Position numbers and translations under genes: made by a program | In this document: in pieces, positions 39,001-52,562 of the stretch | Layout of the letters: every line of letters starts with the position of its first letter | How positions within the stretch are numbered: the stretch's first letter is position 1 | Notes under the pieces: generated by a model | The model's database searches: none | Told to the model about the DNA's origin: nothing | Seen by the model: only the letters and a program-made list of their open reading frames with translations | Assembly (NCBI GenBank): GCA_016748015.1 | Contig: JAAOMT010000302.1 | Coordinates: 434,001 to 498,000, forward strand | Source: Geosiphon pyriformis uo1 | Taxonomy: Eukaryota > Fungi > Glomeromycota | Direction: 5' to 3' | DNA length: 64,000 nucleotides

Positions 39001-39994
39001 CCGTGATGTTTTTTGTGTTATTTATCATGCATGTTGGGAGGTCAGTTCTGGTTCTGGATTTCTAGATAATGGTCTGTGTTCAGATGTCAATTGGCTTTGT
39101 TCTTCCAGAGTTTGGCACCCTGATTTGCATATGGCCACTGGTTTCACCAGCAGGCTTATTGCTGACATTCAAACTTATCTCATGAAGGCTTTGCACTGTT
39201 ATTGGAGGTTTTCGGTCTCTTTTCTTAAATGTTGGTAATGTTGATTTGCTGTGAATTCACATTTTCAGGAAGTAGTTAAACCTCCAATAACTGAATTTAT
39301 CTTCAAATTATCTCCTATAATTTGAACTGCTGGGCTTATAAGTCGAATGGCCAATTCCTTGCCAGTTACTTTATGTAGTTATGTTGTAGTAAACATTAAT
39401 TTTTTCCTAGGAATTGCTCGTCTGAAAGCTCACTAAAAATGTGTAGTTACTTTGCTGTAAAAGTCAACTCTTCTACAGGAATCTTGTCTGTAGGCTACCC
39501 TAATGATTATAGTAAGAAAAATAAAAGAAAATAAAAGAAATGTAAAAGAAATAGAATTTTTGTCAAAAGAAACGTTTTCTATCCAGGCCTGGAGTCACTA
39601 ACAGTTTACTGAAATTGGTAGCTAATCAATTTCGAAATGTTAGTTGGTTTTTGNNNNNNNNNNNNNNNNNNNNNNNNNNNNNNNNNNNNNNNNNNNNNNN
39701 NNNNNNNNNNNNNNNNNNNNNNNNNNNNNNNNNNNNNNNNNNNNNNNNNNNNNNNNNNNNNNNNNNNNNNNNNNNNNNNNNNNNNNNNNNNNNNNNNNNN
39801 NNNNNNNNNNNNNNNNNNNNNNNNNNNNNNNNNNNNNNNNNNNNNNNNNNNNNNNNTTCTGTTATACTAATTAGATTATTTTAATTGAATCATAATATGT
39901 GATAATTGATTAAATAATAAATGATAATTTGAAATGATATTAATATACTAATAAATTATAGGAATTATAAGGGTAATTTCATGCTAATTAATAG

Positions 39995-40702
39995 CTAAAA
40001 TTCTATTGGTAACATAATCTTCTCCTCAAGACTGAGCTCTGTCAAAGTCCAAGCACTATCTGTAATATTGAGATAGTGATCTAAAATGATTGAAGTAATC
40101 TGGTCTGAAAATTGTTGAAATTTCAGTTCTGTGAGTTTGCCAATGTATTGGACTTTCATTGATTGCAGTATTGGATTTTGTAAAATATTTTCACAAGTAT
40201 TAAACAAATCATAGAGTTTAAAAGCTGCTCTAAGTTTGTAGTGAGTGTTTGTTGGTCCAGTTGCTGTTTTGAATTCATTATAGATTTGTTTTTGTATAAC
40301 TTCAGAAGTGAGATTTGTTGCTTCAAGTTCTAGTTTTCGTTCATAAAGTGTTTTTCCAATTTGAAAGTATTTATAGATAGAAGTGTGTTCATTGTTCTGT
40401 TCATTAAGAAGTAATAGTAGTTTTTGTTACATTGTAGTATTTGGTGGAATGTTAATAGGGGCAATTAGCAGATTTTCTTCTAGTGCCTGCTTCAAAAGTC
40501 TTGGTAATCTATTTTCACAGTGACTTCTTGTTTCTCTTCTATAAGGGTGATAGTTCTGTAAATGATTTGCTACTGGGGCTGTGGTTTTTTTCTGAATGTA
40601 TTTAATTTGACTTCCATTAATCATTATAGATAAGTCAAGGAGTGTTTTCAAGGCTAACATTAATTTTTGGGATATTTGTAAAATATTTCGGGGAATAATC
40701 AT
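39995..40702 (-). pseudogene. A4 ORF3 accessory protein (236 codons)
   Basis: ORF fragments 40427-40702 and 39995-40207 are in the same frame. Confidence 0.8.
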
Positions 40703-40845
40703 GATAAAATTGACTAATTATGAAAAGAGAGAATAAAGAAAATTATTTTTTGGATATGGAGTTTTTATTTGTTTTTGGGTTTGGGTGTTTTGTAATTATT
40801 TACTATTTTTGTCTTTGTGTTTTTAGTAGAGAATTATTGTAAAAT

Positions 40846-43800
40846 TTAAGTGTTCAAGTTTGGTTGTTGTTCTATTATAATTATTGGTTCTAAATTTCGG
40901 GGAATATTTTCCAGATTAATTAAAGGGGAATGTGTACCAATTTGTGGAATTAATGGTTTAGGATTGTTTCTGGAATGATAGTGTTTTAGTCTGTTTCCAT
41001 GTGCAACTTTTGCTAATATTTTGTTATCAAGTCTTAACTTATATGATCCATTGCCTAGAATTTCGTGAATATAAAATGGTCCATCCCATTTGTTTTCAAA
41101 TTTCCCACTCCATTGTTTTTCAGCCTTAGTTCTGTATAAGAGAACTTTATTTCCAACTTTAAATTCGTTGGTAATAGATGGTAATTTGTTGTCATGTCTT
41201 TCTTTTTGTTGAGCTTGGGAATATTCAATATAAGCTGCTGCTATTTTTCTTTTTCCTTCTAGTGTATTAAAAAGAGTGTAGGCTCTTCTTTGGAGTGTCT
41301 CTTGAAAGTTTTCTTCATTGATTGGTTGCACTGGGTATGTTTCTACTGTGAAATTAATTGGTAATGTTGCTGTCCTTCCATAAGTAAGATCAAATGGTGT
41401 GTGTTTCATAGTATTTTGTTTTAGTGTTCTGTATGCTAGTAATACTGATGGAATAAAGATATCCCATTCCTGTTCAAAGTCTGTTGAGACTTTGGCTAAA
41501 GATTCACAAAATGTTCTGTTAAAACGCTCTACAAGTCCATTTGTTTGAGGGTAATAAGGTGATGATAGAGGTCTTTTGACATTGAACTGTTCACAAATTT
41601 CTTGTATCAAGTTGTTTACAAAATGTGTTCCTTGATCAGATAAGAGTTCAAATGGGCATCTATGTTTACAGATAATGTCTTCATAGATGAATTTTGCTAC
41701 TGATTTTGCATCTGTTCTTTGGATGGCTCTAGCTTCAGACCATTTGATAAGATAATCCACTGCAACTGCAATATAATGATTTCCTTGGATTGTAATAGGT
41801 AATGGTCTGACTAAATCAATTCCAACTCTGTCAAAAGGTTGTCCAACTTTAATTGGATTTAAAGGTTCTGTGGGGCGAGTTCCTTTTCTTCTTTGGCAGT
41901 TATCACAAGATTCTACATATTGTCAAATGTCTTTTTGTATGTGAGGCCAAAAATAATGTTCAAAGGTTCTTTGAATTGTTCCCTCTTTTCCCAAGTATGC
42001 TGAAAACGGATCTGTGTGCATGTTGTATAAAATTGTTTCTTTTTCATTTTCTTGTACTAATCTGAGTGACTGGTTTGGTTTTCTGTAATTTTTATAATAA
42101 ATTTTGTTCTGGTGTATGAAATATTGTTTTAATTGGTGTTGTAAGTGGTGTTTTTCACTTAGAAACCAGTTTTCTGGCATGGTAAGGATCTCCAAATAAT
42201 TTTTAAGATTGCTGTAGTTTCTGGAGTCTATTCTTGTTTGGTTATTTTGTTGGTAAGTTGGTAAGTTGTGGTGGAATTGTTGTTGGTATTAATCTTGTCT
42301 TATTCTTGAGAGGCTATCAACATTGGTATGTAGTTTTCCTGGTTTGTGGTGTACAATATATCTGTAGTCTGCTAGGAAGTCATTTCATCGAGACTGTTTG
42401 GCACTTTGTTCAGTTTTTTTTTTATTGAGCCATTTGAGGCCAATGTTGTCCATTATTATGTCAAATTCTTTTCCATTTTTCAGATATTGTTGAAAATGTT
42501 TAAGAGCCCAAATAACTGCAGCAGCTTCTAATTCAGTTGAGCCATATTTGAGTTCTGTTGGCTTGAGTGTTCTGCTGGCATAGGCAATAACTTGTTCTTG
42601 GCTATTTTCATCTAATTGTGATAAGATGACACCAAATGCTATGTGTGAGGCATCAGTGGCTAATTGGAATCGTTTGTTGAAGTCTGGGTAAGCAAGAACT
42701 GGGGCTGTTGTCAATTTTGTTTTGAAAATTTTAAAAGCTTTTTGTTGTTCTTCAGTCCATTTATATGGTACATTTTTGTTGGTAAGATAATTGAGTGGTT
42801 TGGCAATTTCTGAGAATTCTTTTATGAATTTTCGATAGTAAGAGGCTAATCCCACAAATCCTCTTAGTTCTGTAGTATTTCTGGAGGTTTAAAAGTTTTT
42901 GACAGCATTGATTGTTCCTGGATTTGGTTTGATTCCATCTTTACTAACTATGTGTCCAAAAAAGATCAAACTTGTTTTTCCAAAGTGACATTTCTCAATA
43001 TTTAACTTTAATCTTGCTTTCCATAATCGTTGAAAAACTTCTCGCAGGTGAATGAGATGGGCTTCAAAGTTTGGTGAGTATACATCAGTATTATCAAGAT
43101 AAACAACTACTGATTGCCACAAGAGCCCTTTATAGACAACATCCATGAATCGCTGAAATGTTGCTGGTGCATTGCAGAGTCCAAAAGGCATAACATTAAA
43201 CTCATAATTTCCTCCTTGAGTGGTGAATGCTGTTTTGGGTCTATCTTTTGGGTCCATTTCGACTTGCCAGTATCCACTTTCCAGGTCTAAAGTTGAAAAG
43301 AACTTGGCTTTTCCCAGAGCATTTAGCATGTCATCAATTTTTGGAAGAGGGTAGGCATCTCTAATTGTAACACTATTCAGTTGTCTATAATCAACACAGA
43401 ATCTAATTTTTCCGTTTTTCTTTTTAACCAAAACTATTGGTGAGACCCAAGGATTTCTTGATGGTTAAATCAATCCGTTATTGAGCATTCTTTGAACCTC
43501 TTCTCTGATAAATTGGTGGCTGGCAGGTGGCACTTGATAAGCTTGTTGACGTTTTGGTAGAGCATCTTCTGTATGGATCTGATGTTGAACAATATCCATT
43601 TTTCCCAAGTCATTGTTGTTTTTTGCAAATATATCTGCAAATTCAGCTATCAATTGTTTCAATTGTCTTTGTTGTTGAGGTTCTAAGGGACCCATATTGA
43701 TTCGAGAGAGTTTTTCTTCTAACAAGTGGTAGTTTTCAGTAGTGGGAATGATATTTGGATTTGAGAATAGAGTGTGCTTTATAATTTCGATAAAATTAGA

Positions 43801-46453
43801 GACAATTTGAGGGTTTTCATCTTGAAAGATATTGCTGTGTATGATTCCAATTTCTAATTTGTTTAATAAAACAAGATGTGTATAAGAGACAGGCATAGCA
43901 TTCTAAACACCATTGGTCATCACAAGGCATAACACATTCTTCACATAATTGAATGTTCATTTGCTCTAATTGTTGAATTTGAGCTTCTTTGGTCGGATAT
44001 GTGTGGCTTGCAATTTGGTGGTAGGTTTCTACTTCATCTTCATAATCAAATCCAGCTAATTCCATGGTGTACTCAATATATTTAGCTTCTTTCATTTGGC
44101 GGACATCTTCTTGAGTGGCTCCATTAATTAATGCTATTGTTAGGTCAAAAATCATTTCAGCATCATGAGGGTAGTGGTAAAGTTTATTGAGAGTACTGTT
44201 GTATGCTGCATCAAATGGTGTCCCTCTTCTGACTTTTTTCGAAATTGATAGAGCATATTGACAGGTTTGATCACATACTTCTCTTCTTATTGCTACATCA
44301 ATCCAATTGCATTCTTCTGGTAGTATTTCTCCACATGTAAGGCAAGGTGTGTTGTCTCATTTTTCACTTCTTTTTGGAGATCCAAATCATTCTCTATGGC
44401 ATGCTTTGCAAAAGTAACAGGTACAAGTTTCATATTTCTCTTCTGGAGAAATACATGTTCCCATTGATGAAAGTTTTTTGTTGCAATCTTTGCATTTGAG
44501 TAGAATATAGAGTGGTTGTTTCTGTGGTTCTGGTGTAGAATATCTAACTTTCTTCCATCTCCTTGATTCTTCAAAAATCTCTTGTTCGGTTTCTTCAGCC
44601 CAATTGAATGTTGATCCAAAAGCCATGTAGGTTTCAGTAAGTGGCATTTCTTTCTCCTCTTCAAATTCAAATACTGGAGCTTTTTCTGATTGTTTGTTAA
44701 AGGTACCACAGGTTGCAGGTACTATGGTATATTGTCCTTGGTATGAGATTTTAAGTTCTTGAGTTTCTTAGTTCAGGTTTGCATTGGCCTTAAGAAGCCA
44801 ATCATTTCCAACTAAAGCTTGGTATTGAGGTGCATCCATAACAAGAACTTTAACTGGAATGGTGATTCCATCAATTGAAAAAGGAAAATCATCAATTTCT
44901 CCTACTGGAGTCTTCTTCATACTATCAGCTGTGACAATAACTGTTTGAGCTGGTCTGTCTACATTTTGTTTGAGTTGTTGCATCAGCTGGTAAGTGATGA
45001 TACTTCCAGCTGATCCACTATCTAAGATTAAGCGAATAGGTTTTCCTTCCACTGTAGCTTCTGTGTACATGACAGTAATTGCTTTCTGTTCATTGACTGC
45101 TGTATTACTAAGCAGAAATGGTGATTTATTTGCCTCAAATTCAAATGAAAATATATCTGACAGATTAGCATTTTGGGTAATTTGAACTAGGGAAATGGTG
45201 TGGTTAGAAGAGTTTGATCTTGGTGCTGCAATTTCACCTTTAGAAAGTGCAGTTTGTTGAAAATTCGATTCCTCTGGTATTGTAAGATAACTGGGTTGAA
45301 TGTGATAGTGATTGGGTCTTTGCTGGCCCAAATTTCGGGGAACCAATTGGTTATTTAGATTGATTCTGTTGTGGTTATTCTGCAATTGATTTTGGGGTGT
45401 GGATTGGTTATGTTGAACCAATCTTCTTGCTGGTACTTGATATTGTTGAGTGGGTGGTGTCTGATATGGCTGAATTGGTAAAGGTTGCTGATATTGTTGC
45501 TGCATTGATTGTGGAACTGGTGGATAATAACTATTTTGATTTTGTGGTCTTGGTGAATAATAAGTTGGTGGTGGAGATTGGTAATAGGATTGTTGTGATG
45601 AAGAGTAATGTTGATTACTCCTGTTTTGTTGGTCTCTTTGTAATTTCCTACAATCTCGTTTCCAGTGTCCTGGAATTCCACAATAATGACAATTNNNNNN
45701 NNNNNNNNNNNNNNNNNNNNNNNNNNNNNNNNNNNNNNNNNNNNNNNNNNNNNNNNNNNNNNNNNNNNNNNNNNNNNNNNNNNNNNNNNNNNNNNNNNNN
45801 NNNNNNNNNNNNNNNNNNNNNNNNNNNNNNNNNNNNNNNNNNNNNNNNNNNNNNNNNNNNNNNNNNNNNNNNNNNNNNNNNNNNNNNNNNNNNNNNNNNN
45901 NNNNTCTGGAGAAACGGCTAAGTGGTGAACTTGGTGTTTGTGGTTGAACAAGTGAAATTGGAAATGGTGTAATAGAAAGTGGTAATTTGATACTGGTTCC
46001 TTGTTCAGGTGTTTGCAAGTGTTTGGCAGTTATCTTTTGTAATGTTGGAGTGTTTGGAGTGGTTCTTGAGTATTGCTTCAATCTTTGTTTGTCTTTATTG
46101 CTTGTTTCTGTCTCTGATTCAAAGTCAAAAGAGTATTTAGACTGTACTGGGTATTTTTCTTCACAATACTTAATAATATTAAAATTAAGTTCTTGGAAGT
46201 AGGTAGCAAGTGTTTCACTGTTCAGATCTTCTGTTCCCAAATGTGAATAATGCTCTAAATTATTGTAGAGGTTGCTTCTAACTTCTGAAATGTTGTAGTT
46301 TTCAAAAAGATAATTGTTGATACAGTTTTCAATGTATTAGTATACTGATTTCTTTACAATTTCAATTCCGTTTGGAATGTTGAATCTTTGCTTGCAGTGG
46401 GTGTAAATTGACTGGTAATACTCTAAAGTTGCTGTGTTTGGTGTGGTCGCCAC
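40846..46453 (-). pseudogene. A4 gag-pol (dUTPase segment lost at an adapter junction)
   Basis: CHYCGIPGHWKRDC, LILDSGSAGS, RT 42889-43431, RH 42385-42855, IN 40846-41760. Confidence 0.9.
43874..43892. other. Nextera/Tn5 mosaic-end adapter (sequencing artefact)
   Basis: Exact AGATGTGTATAAGAGACAG; translates as PVSYTHL in ORF 43465-43896. Confidence 0.97.
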
Positions 46454-49400
46454 TTTGAATTTGTTGTTGCTGTGTTATTTCCGTGGAAGAGCACCAAATG
46501 TTACCAGAGGTTTTCGGTTTCTTTTCTTAAATGTTGGTAATGTTGATTTGCTGTGAATTCACGTTTTCAGGAAGTAGTTGAACCTCCAATAACTGAATTT
46601 ATCTTCAAATTATCTCCTATAATTTGAACTGCTGGGCTTATAAGTGGAATGGCCAATTCCTTGCCAGTTACTTTATGTAGTTATGTTGTAGTAAACGTCA
46701 ACTCTTTCCCAGGAATTGCTCATCTGGAAGCTCACTAAAAATGTGTAGTTACTTTGCTGTAAAAGTTAACTCTTCTACAGGAATCTTGTCTGTAGGCTAC
46801 CCTAATGATTATAGTAAGAAAAATAAAAGAAAATAAAAGAAATGTAAAAGAAATAGAATTTTTNNNNNNNNNNNNNNNNNNNNNNNNNNNNNNNNNNNNN
46901 NNNNNNNNNNNNNNNNNNNNNNNNNNNNNNNNNNNNNNNNNNNNNNNNNNNNNNNNNNNNNNNNNNNNNNNNNNNNNNNNNNNNNNNNNNNNNNNNNNNN
47001 NNNNNNNNNNNNNNNNNNNNNNNNNNNNNNNNNNNNNNNNNNNNNNNNNNNNNNNNNNNNNNNNNNNNNNNNNNNNNNNNNNNNNNNNNNNNNNNNNNNN
47101 NNNNNNNNNNNNNNNNNNNNNNNNNNNNNNNNNNNNNNNNNNNNNNNNNNNNNNNNNNNNNNNNNNNNNNNNNNNNNNNNNNNNNNNNNNNNNNNNNNNN
47201 NNNNNNNNNNNNNNNNNNNNNNNNNNNNNNNNNNNNNNNNNNNNNNNNNNNNNNNNNNNNNNNNNNNNNNNNNNNNNNNNNNNNNNNNNNNNNNNNNNNN
47301 NNNNNNNNNNNNNNNNNNNNNNNNNNNNNNNNNNNNNNNNNNNNNNNNNNNNNNNNNNNNNNNNNNNNNNNNNNNNNNNNNNNNNNNNNNNNNNNNNNNN
47401 NNNNNNNNNNNNNNNNNNNNNNNNNNNNNCAGTTACTTTATGTAGTTATGTTGTAGTAAACGTCAACTCTTTCCCAGGAATTGCTCATCTGGAAGCTCAC
47501 TAAAAATGTGTAGTTACTTTGCTGTAAAAGTTAACTCTTCTACAGGAATCTTGTCTGTAGGCTACCCTAATGATTATAGTAAGAAAAATAAAAGAAAATA
47601 AAAGAAATGTAAAAGAAATAGAATTTTTGCCAAGAGAAACATTTTCTATCTAAGCCTAGAGTCACTAACAGTTTACTGAAATTGGTAGCTAATCAATTTC
47701 GAAATGTTAGTTGGTTTTTGGAAATTTTCCAAGGGCAATAATTAAAGAATTTGGTTTTTCAAATTATTTGGTATTTATTTCTTTTTGTGTGTGTAGAAAT
47801 GGTTTTAAGTAATAAATCTAAAGTAAGATATATTTTCCAGAAGAGAAAAGCTCTTCTTTTATACAACTTGTTGTAGTACTAGTTTATGAACTTGCACTTT
47901 TTTTCTCTTTTTCCAAATTCCAGCAAACTAAAGATATATTTTGATGAACTACAAGTTATTTTGCTGAACTATTGATTAATTTGGGTGAACTATTCATAAT
48001 TTTGGCGAATTTCTGTAAATTTCGGCAAATTTTTGAATGTTACAAAGTTCAGGGTATTGTGTAATTTGATCACCTTACTTTCTGTTATACTAATTAGATT
48101 ATTTTAATTGAATCATGATATGTGATAATTGATTAAATAATAAATGATAATTTGAAATGATATTAATATACTAATGAATTATAGGAATTATAAGGGTAAT
48201 TTCATGCTAATTAATAGCTAAAATTCTACTGGTAACAGCACCATCAGCTTCCCATGGCTGTCTGAAAGCACATATACAATAAATGTTACCCTAGTGTTCT
48301 ATGTCTATATTGTGATAAGGTAGAGATGCCTGATTATGTGTTTTCTTGTGTGGTTGATGATTCAGCTTACCATCAGGTCTTGGAATCTTGTATGTCTTCT
48401 TGAAAAATGCTTTCTGGTCTCTTTCTTCCTTTTTTGGGTGTGTTGCAGATGCTGTCAACCTGTGCTTTGGATTTCCCGGTTTTATCAGCTCTTTACAAGG
48501 GTTTTGTTTTCAATGATTGGCTTCGGAAGGCTATTTCCGTCTTCCATAATCCCAAAATTGCTGGTGTTAAAATTGTTGATTTTGTGCATTCTATTTGTCT
48601 TGCTTTCAGGAATGATGTTTGGTTGGTCTGTGCTAAGCATTGCGTATTTATGAAAAAGAATGGCTTGATCTCAGTAGATGGCTTGATCTCCATCTCGGTT
48701 TCTGGTTTGGCTTCGGGGTTCTCAGCTGGTGTGATTAAATTGCTTGGTATTGCTGAAGCTTTTGGTGTCTGTTTTGGCTTTCACAAGTCTTGTTTATTTT
48801 TTTTAGGTATTAATGACCTGGTTTCTGTTAATATAAGTGCATAGTGTTGTCTTGACTGGTTTGAGTGGCTGGTCACATATAGAAAACACATAATTTATGC
48901 TTAGTTTAAATTATTTCTTTGATGTATAGTTCTAAGTAGTGTTTGGACCTCACTCATTAAATAAATAAAATAAAAAAAACTAAAATAATTAAAATTATAA
49001 AGTTTTTTTTTATAATAATAAATAGTTTTTTATATAAAGTCTTTATAAAATATTTATAAAAATTAACAATATTATAACTTGATAACCAGTTTTTAAATAT
49101 TTATTAAAATATTATATAAAACAAATTTTACCAAATTAAATTCTTTATAAAATAAATTTAACAGTATATTTAGTTTTTTAATTAACAAAACTTATTAAAT
49201 TAAATAAGTTTTTTATAAAACAATAAATATTTTTAAAAACTATTTTGTTATTTGTTAAAAATTTTTTTTTTAATATTAATAAACAGTAAAAATTTTAAGT
49301 TTATAATATTATTTACAAATATGTAAATTTGTTTATTGTTTATAATATTAGAATAATTTTACTTTGATTTATTTAACAAATAAACTTTTATTTTTAATAA

Positions 49401-49579
49401 TATTATTAATATATAATTTTTTAATTTAATAATAATTGTAAAAATTATATTTAATTATATATAATTCTAATATATATATTTTTTTAATAATATTTAACTT
49501 TTAAGTTAATAATAACTTTATTAAATATTAATATATATTTAAATATTAAAGCTAAAAAAATATTCTTTGTCTTAATTTT

Positions 49580-51593
49580 ATGATCATGATCAAAGCAAAT
49601 AGTAAAAAAGCTGTACCTAATATTTTTTTAAGATATCTAATAAAATTTCAACCAGAAGAGCTCTCTATTGTAGAAACAATTAGACAAAACGTTTTAGAAG
49701 TCTTTCCTTTACCTCTTCTAAGAGCCCAAGAATTTTTAATAACAGACCAATTAACAAGCTAGTTTTTTCTTCTATAACTTTAACACTAAATGCTGCTAAC
49801 ATCTTTTCTTTAAAAAAAATGGTCAAAAAAACCAAAAGTTCAGAAAAATGGGAGCAGTTGCTTGTCTTTGCTATTGTTACACCAAATCTCTTTGTAATTT
49901 CAAATAAAATTTCTGTTGTATCATTTGGCATGTCATTCAAGATAGGCTAAGATCAACTACTGGCTGTGTTGTCAAATGTGGTGTCTTTTGATAAATCATT
50001 ATTGGTTTTAGAAGCAAATCAACTATCTTTTGTTGGGTTATCTGTTCATAAAAACTGGGCCAACCAAATAAAAATTGAATTATTTTCTCCTCTGGTTTTT
50101 GGTGCTGCTGCTAATAGTGTTTGAGAAACTATTACTAGTTGTTAAAAATTTACTGAGTAAATAGTCTCTACTTTAGTGTCTGGTGCTACTTTCAAGATCA
50201 AATTGGCTCATATTAAGACTGTTTTTCAGTCTATACATGGTTTTTTGGGTGTGAAATCTGTTTTAAAAAACAATGTAAAGCTCTTCTGTATGGAGTTTGC
50301 TTCTTAAAGTTCTCTAAATGCTGCATTTCTGGTTGAGTTTACAAGCTCTATTCATCTTGCTACTCTTAAAGTTGCCAAGTCTTTGGTGGTTTTTGAGTCT
50401 GGCTCTTTTTCTGCTGCTGTTGTATTACATAACATGCTTTTGAGTGTGTTTGCTACCAATATTAAGTCAGCTTTTGGTGTTTTTGGTGAAGTTTCTTATG
50501 TTGTGCTGAAGTCTGCTGTTGTTTGACAATATGTGGTTGTTTATTTTAAAGAATTGGATGCTGCTGCTTCTGCTTTTACTTACTGGTCAATTTTGGTGGG
50601 CAAAGATAGTGTTTGGATTTTTTTTTTGTCAATCAAAATGAAACAATTTTGTCTTGTGATCAGTTCAAGACCAAGTTGGTTAACCTTCCTTCTGGCTGTA
50701 CTGTTTTTGAGATTAATAATATGATTTTCCAGATTGATGGCTGGACTTGTTTTATTTCTTTTTTACCTGATTCTGGTCATTGTTCTCAGTTTGCTCTGGT
50801 TACATTTGATTTCCAAGTTGATTTAAACTCTATGGTTGTTAAGATTAGTATCTTAAGGAAGTATTGTATTTGGTAAAAAACCTCTGGTTGTTAATGTTGC
50901 TTTAAGTGTCAAGAAGTGGGCTATTTGGCTGTAAACTACAAAGTTTTTCTATCTTCCTCTCTCAAGACTTCCAAAATGTTTAAAACATATTTTGTAAGCA
51001 ATGTTTTTTATGCAAAAACTTCTGTTTTTTTGAATTTTTTTGAGTTTCCTCTCTTAACAGCTTTTATTTTTTTTTTCATGGTTGTTGGTAATTCTTTGGT
51101 GTCTTTTTAGTTGGCTTTTTTGAAGTCTAATTTGGTCAAGCTTTTTGCTTTGGTTAAGTCTATTATTAAACCAATTGGTTCTTTGGTCAAATTGTTCAAA
51201 CAATTTATTAATGAGAATTTGGTTTTAAGTAGTAAATTGGTCTTAAAATTAATAAAATTTTGGTGCATATGGGTTCTTTTAGTAAGATTATTGGTAAGTT
51301 GAAAAGAAAGGTAATTTTTTTAAGAAAAAAGTACTGCATAGAAGATATTAATATATTTGGTAATTTAGAGCACTCAGTTAATATAGATGATAAGGTGTTT
51401 TCTAACTTGATGTTCCTTTGAGAACATGAATCTATTAATGTTAAAGCTAATGTCTTGAAGACAGCTGAATAACTGGTTGTATTGATTTCTTGTAGTGTTA
51501 TTTTGTTTTTTGTTATTTAAAAGATGTCATTTTTGGGTAAGTTTTTTTCTAATGCATTAATGTAGTATAGCCTAAACTGGCTCAAGTAGCTGG
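49580..51593 (+). mobile_element. LINE-2: decayed non-LTR element, ORF1 (Gag-like) region, truncated by A5 just after the ORF1 stop
   Basis: T/G-rich coding-like sequence resembling LINE-1 in composition. Degenerate zinc knuckle CFKCQEVG(H>Y)LAVN(C>Y) at 50898-50939. Boundaries are approximate. Confidence 0.6.
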
Positions 51594-52562
51594 TATTACT
51601 GGAGATTTTTGGTCTCTTTTTTTGAATGTTATTACTGTTTGTTTGCTGCTAATTTCACGTTTTCTGGAAGCAATTGAACCTCCAATAACTAAATTTATCT
51701 TTAAATTATCTCTTATAATTTGAACTACTGGACTTATAAGTAAAATAACCAATTCCGTGTTAGTTATTTTGTGTAGTTACATTATATTAAACATCAACTT
51801 TTTTTCAGAAATTGCTCATCTGAAAGCTTACTAAAAATATGTAGTTATTTTGCTGTGAAAGTTAACTCTTCTAAAGGAATTTTATCTGTAGACTACCCTA
51901 ATAATTATAATAAAAAAATAAAATAAAAAAATAAAAAAAATGTAAAAAAAATGGAATTTTAACAAAGGAAACGTTTTTTATCTAGGCCTGAAGTCACTAA
52001 CAAATTACTAAAATTGATAGCTAATCAATTTCAAAATGTTAGTTGTGTTGAGAAAATTTCAAGTGTAATAATCAAAGTATTTGGTTTTTCGAATATTTAA
52101 TTTTTATTTGATATGTGTAAAAAGTAATTTGTTCTAATTAAGATATCTAAAGTAAGATACTATAATAAGATACTATAAGAAGATACTATGAAAAAATACA
52201 TTTTCTTAAAGAAAAAAGCTCTTCTTTTATACAATTTGTTATAGTACTAGTCTTTGAACTTACACTTTTCTCTTTGCTACAATTTTAGTAAACTAAAAAT
52301 ACATTTCAGCAAACTACAAGTTATTTCACTAAACTATTAATTATTTCGGCCAATTTTTATTAATTTCGGCGAATTTTGATTATATTAAATGGTTTAGAGT
52401 ATTGTGTAATTTGATTATCTTAATTTTTATAATATAAATCAGATTATTAATTGAGTAATGATATTTGATAATTTGATTAAATAATAAGTGATAATCGAAA
52501 TAATAATAATATATGTTAATTAATAATAGGAATTATAAGGGTAATTTTATGCTAATTAATAG

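Larger units (their letters stand above)
39197..48237 (-). mobile_element. Ty3/Gypsy family A copy A4 inserted in LINE-1
   Basis: 3' LTR 39197-40014, 5' LTR 46499-48237, PBS 46481-46496, perfect TSD GCAC (39193-39196 / 48238-48241). Confidence 0.92.
6890..48978 (+). mobile_element. LINE-1: 5'-truncated non-LTR retrotransposon (~1.6 kb of own sequence) split into four pieces, 6890-7257, 37468-37760, 39005-39196 and 48242-48978, by LTR insertions
   Basis: The rejoined frame reads VYMDGS...STLTELQAIALAL...VHLF|SDSQMAL...WHKVKNHSGILGNDCAD (RNase H), then SRHFI|RDVF...MKALH|HQLP...CLYCDKVEMPDYVFSC...VNISA*. There is a (TAAA)n/A tail at 48957-48978 and an 11-bp TSD ACTAAAATAAT at 6879-6889 and 48979-48989. 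Confidence 0.9.

Noticed and set aside
38037-39884. Long ORFs full of X (also 46805-47503)
   Set aside because: They read through assembly N gaps.
40846-41000. Chromodomain at the integrase C-terminus
   Set aside because: IN stops about 40 aa after the GPF module, with no aromatic-cage motif.
43465-43896. Natural dUTPase-deleted variant or novel ORF MPVSYTHL
   Set aside because: The junction is the Nextera mosaic-end adapter.
46665-47628. 199-bp duplication in the A4 5' LTR
   Set aside because: Identical copies on either side of an N gap; an unmerged overlap.
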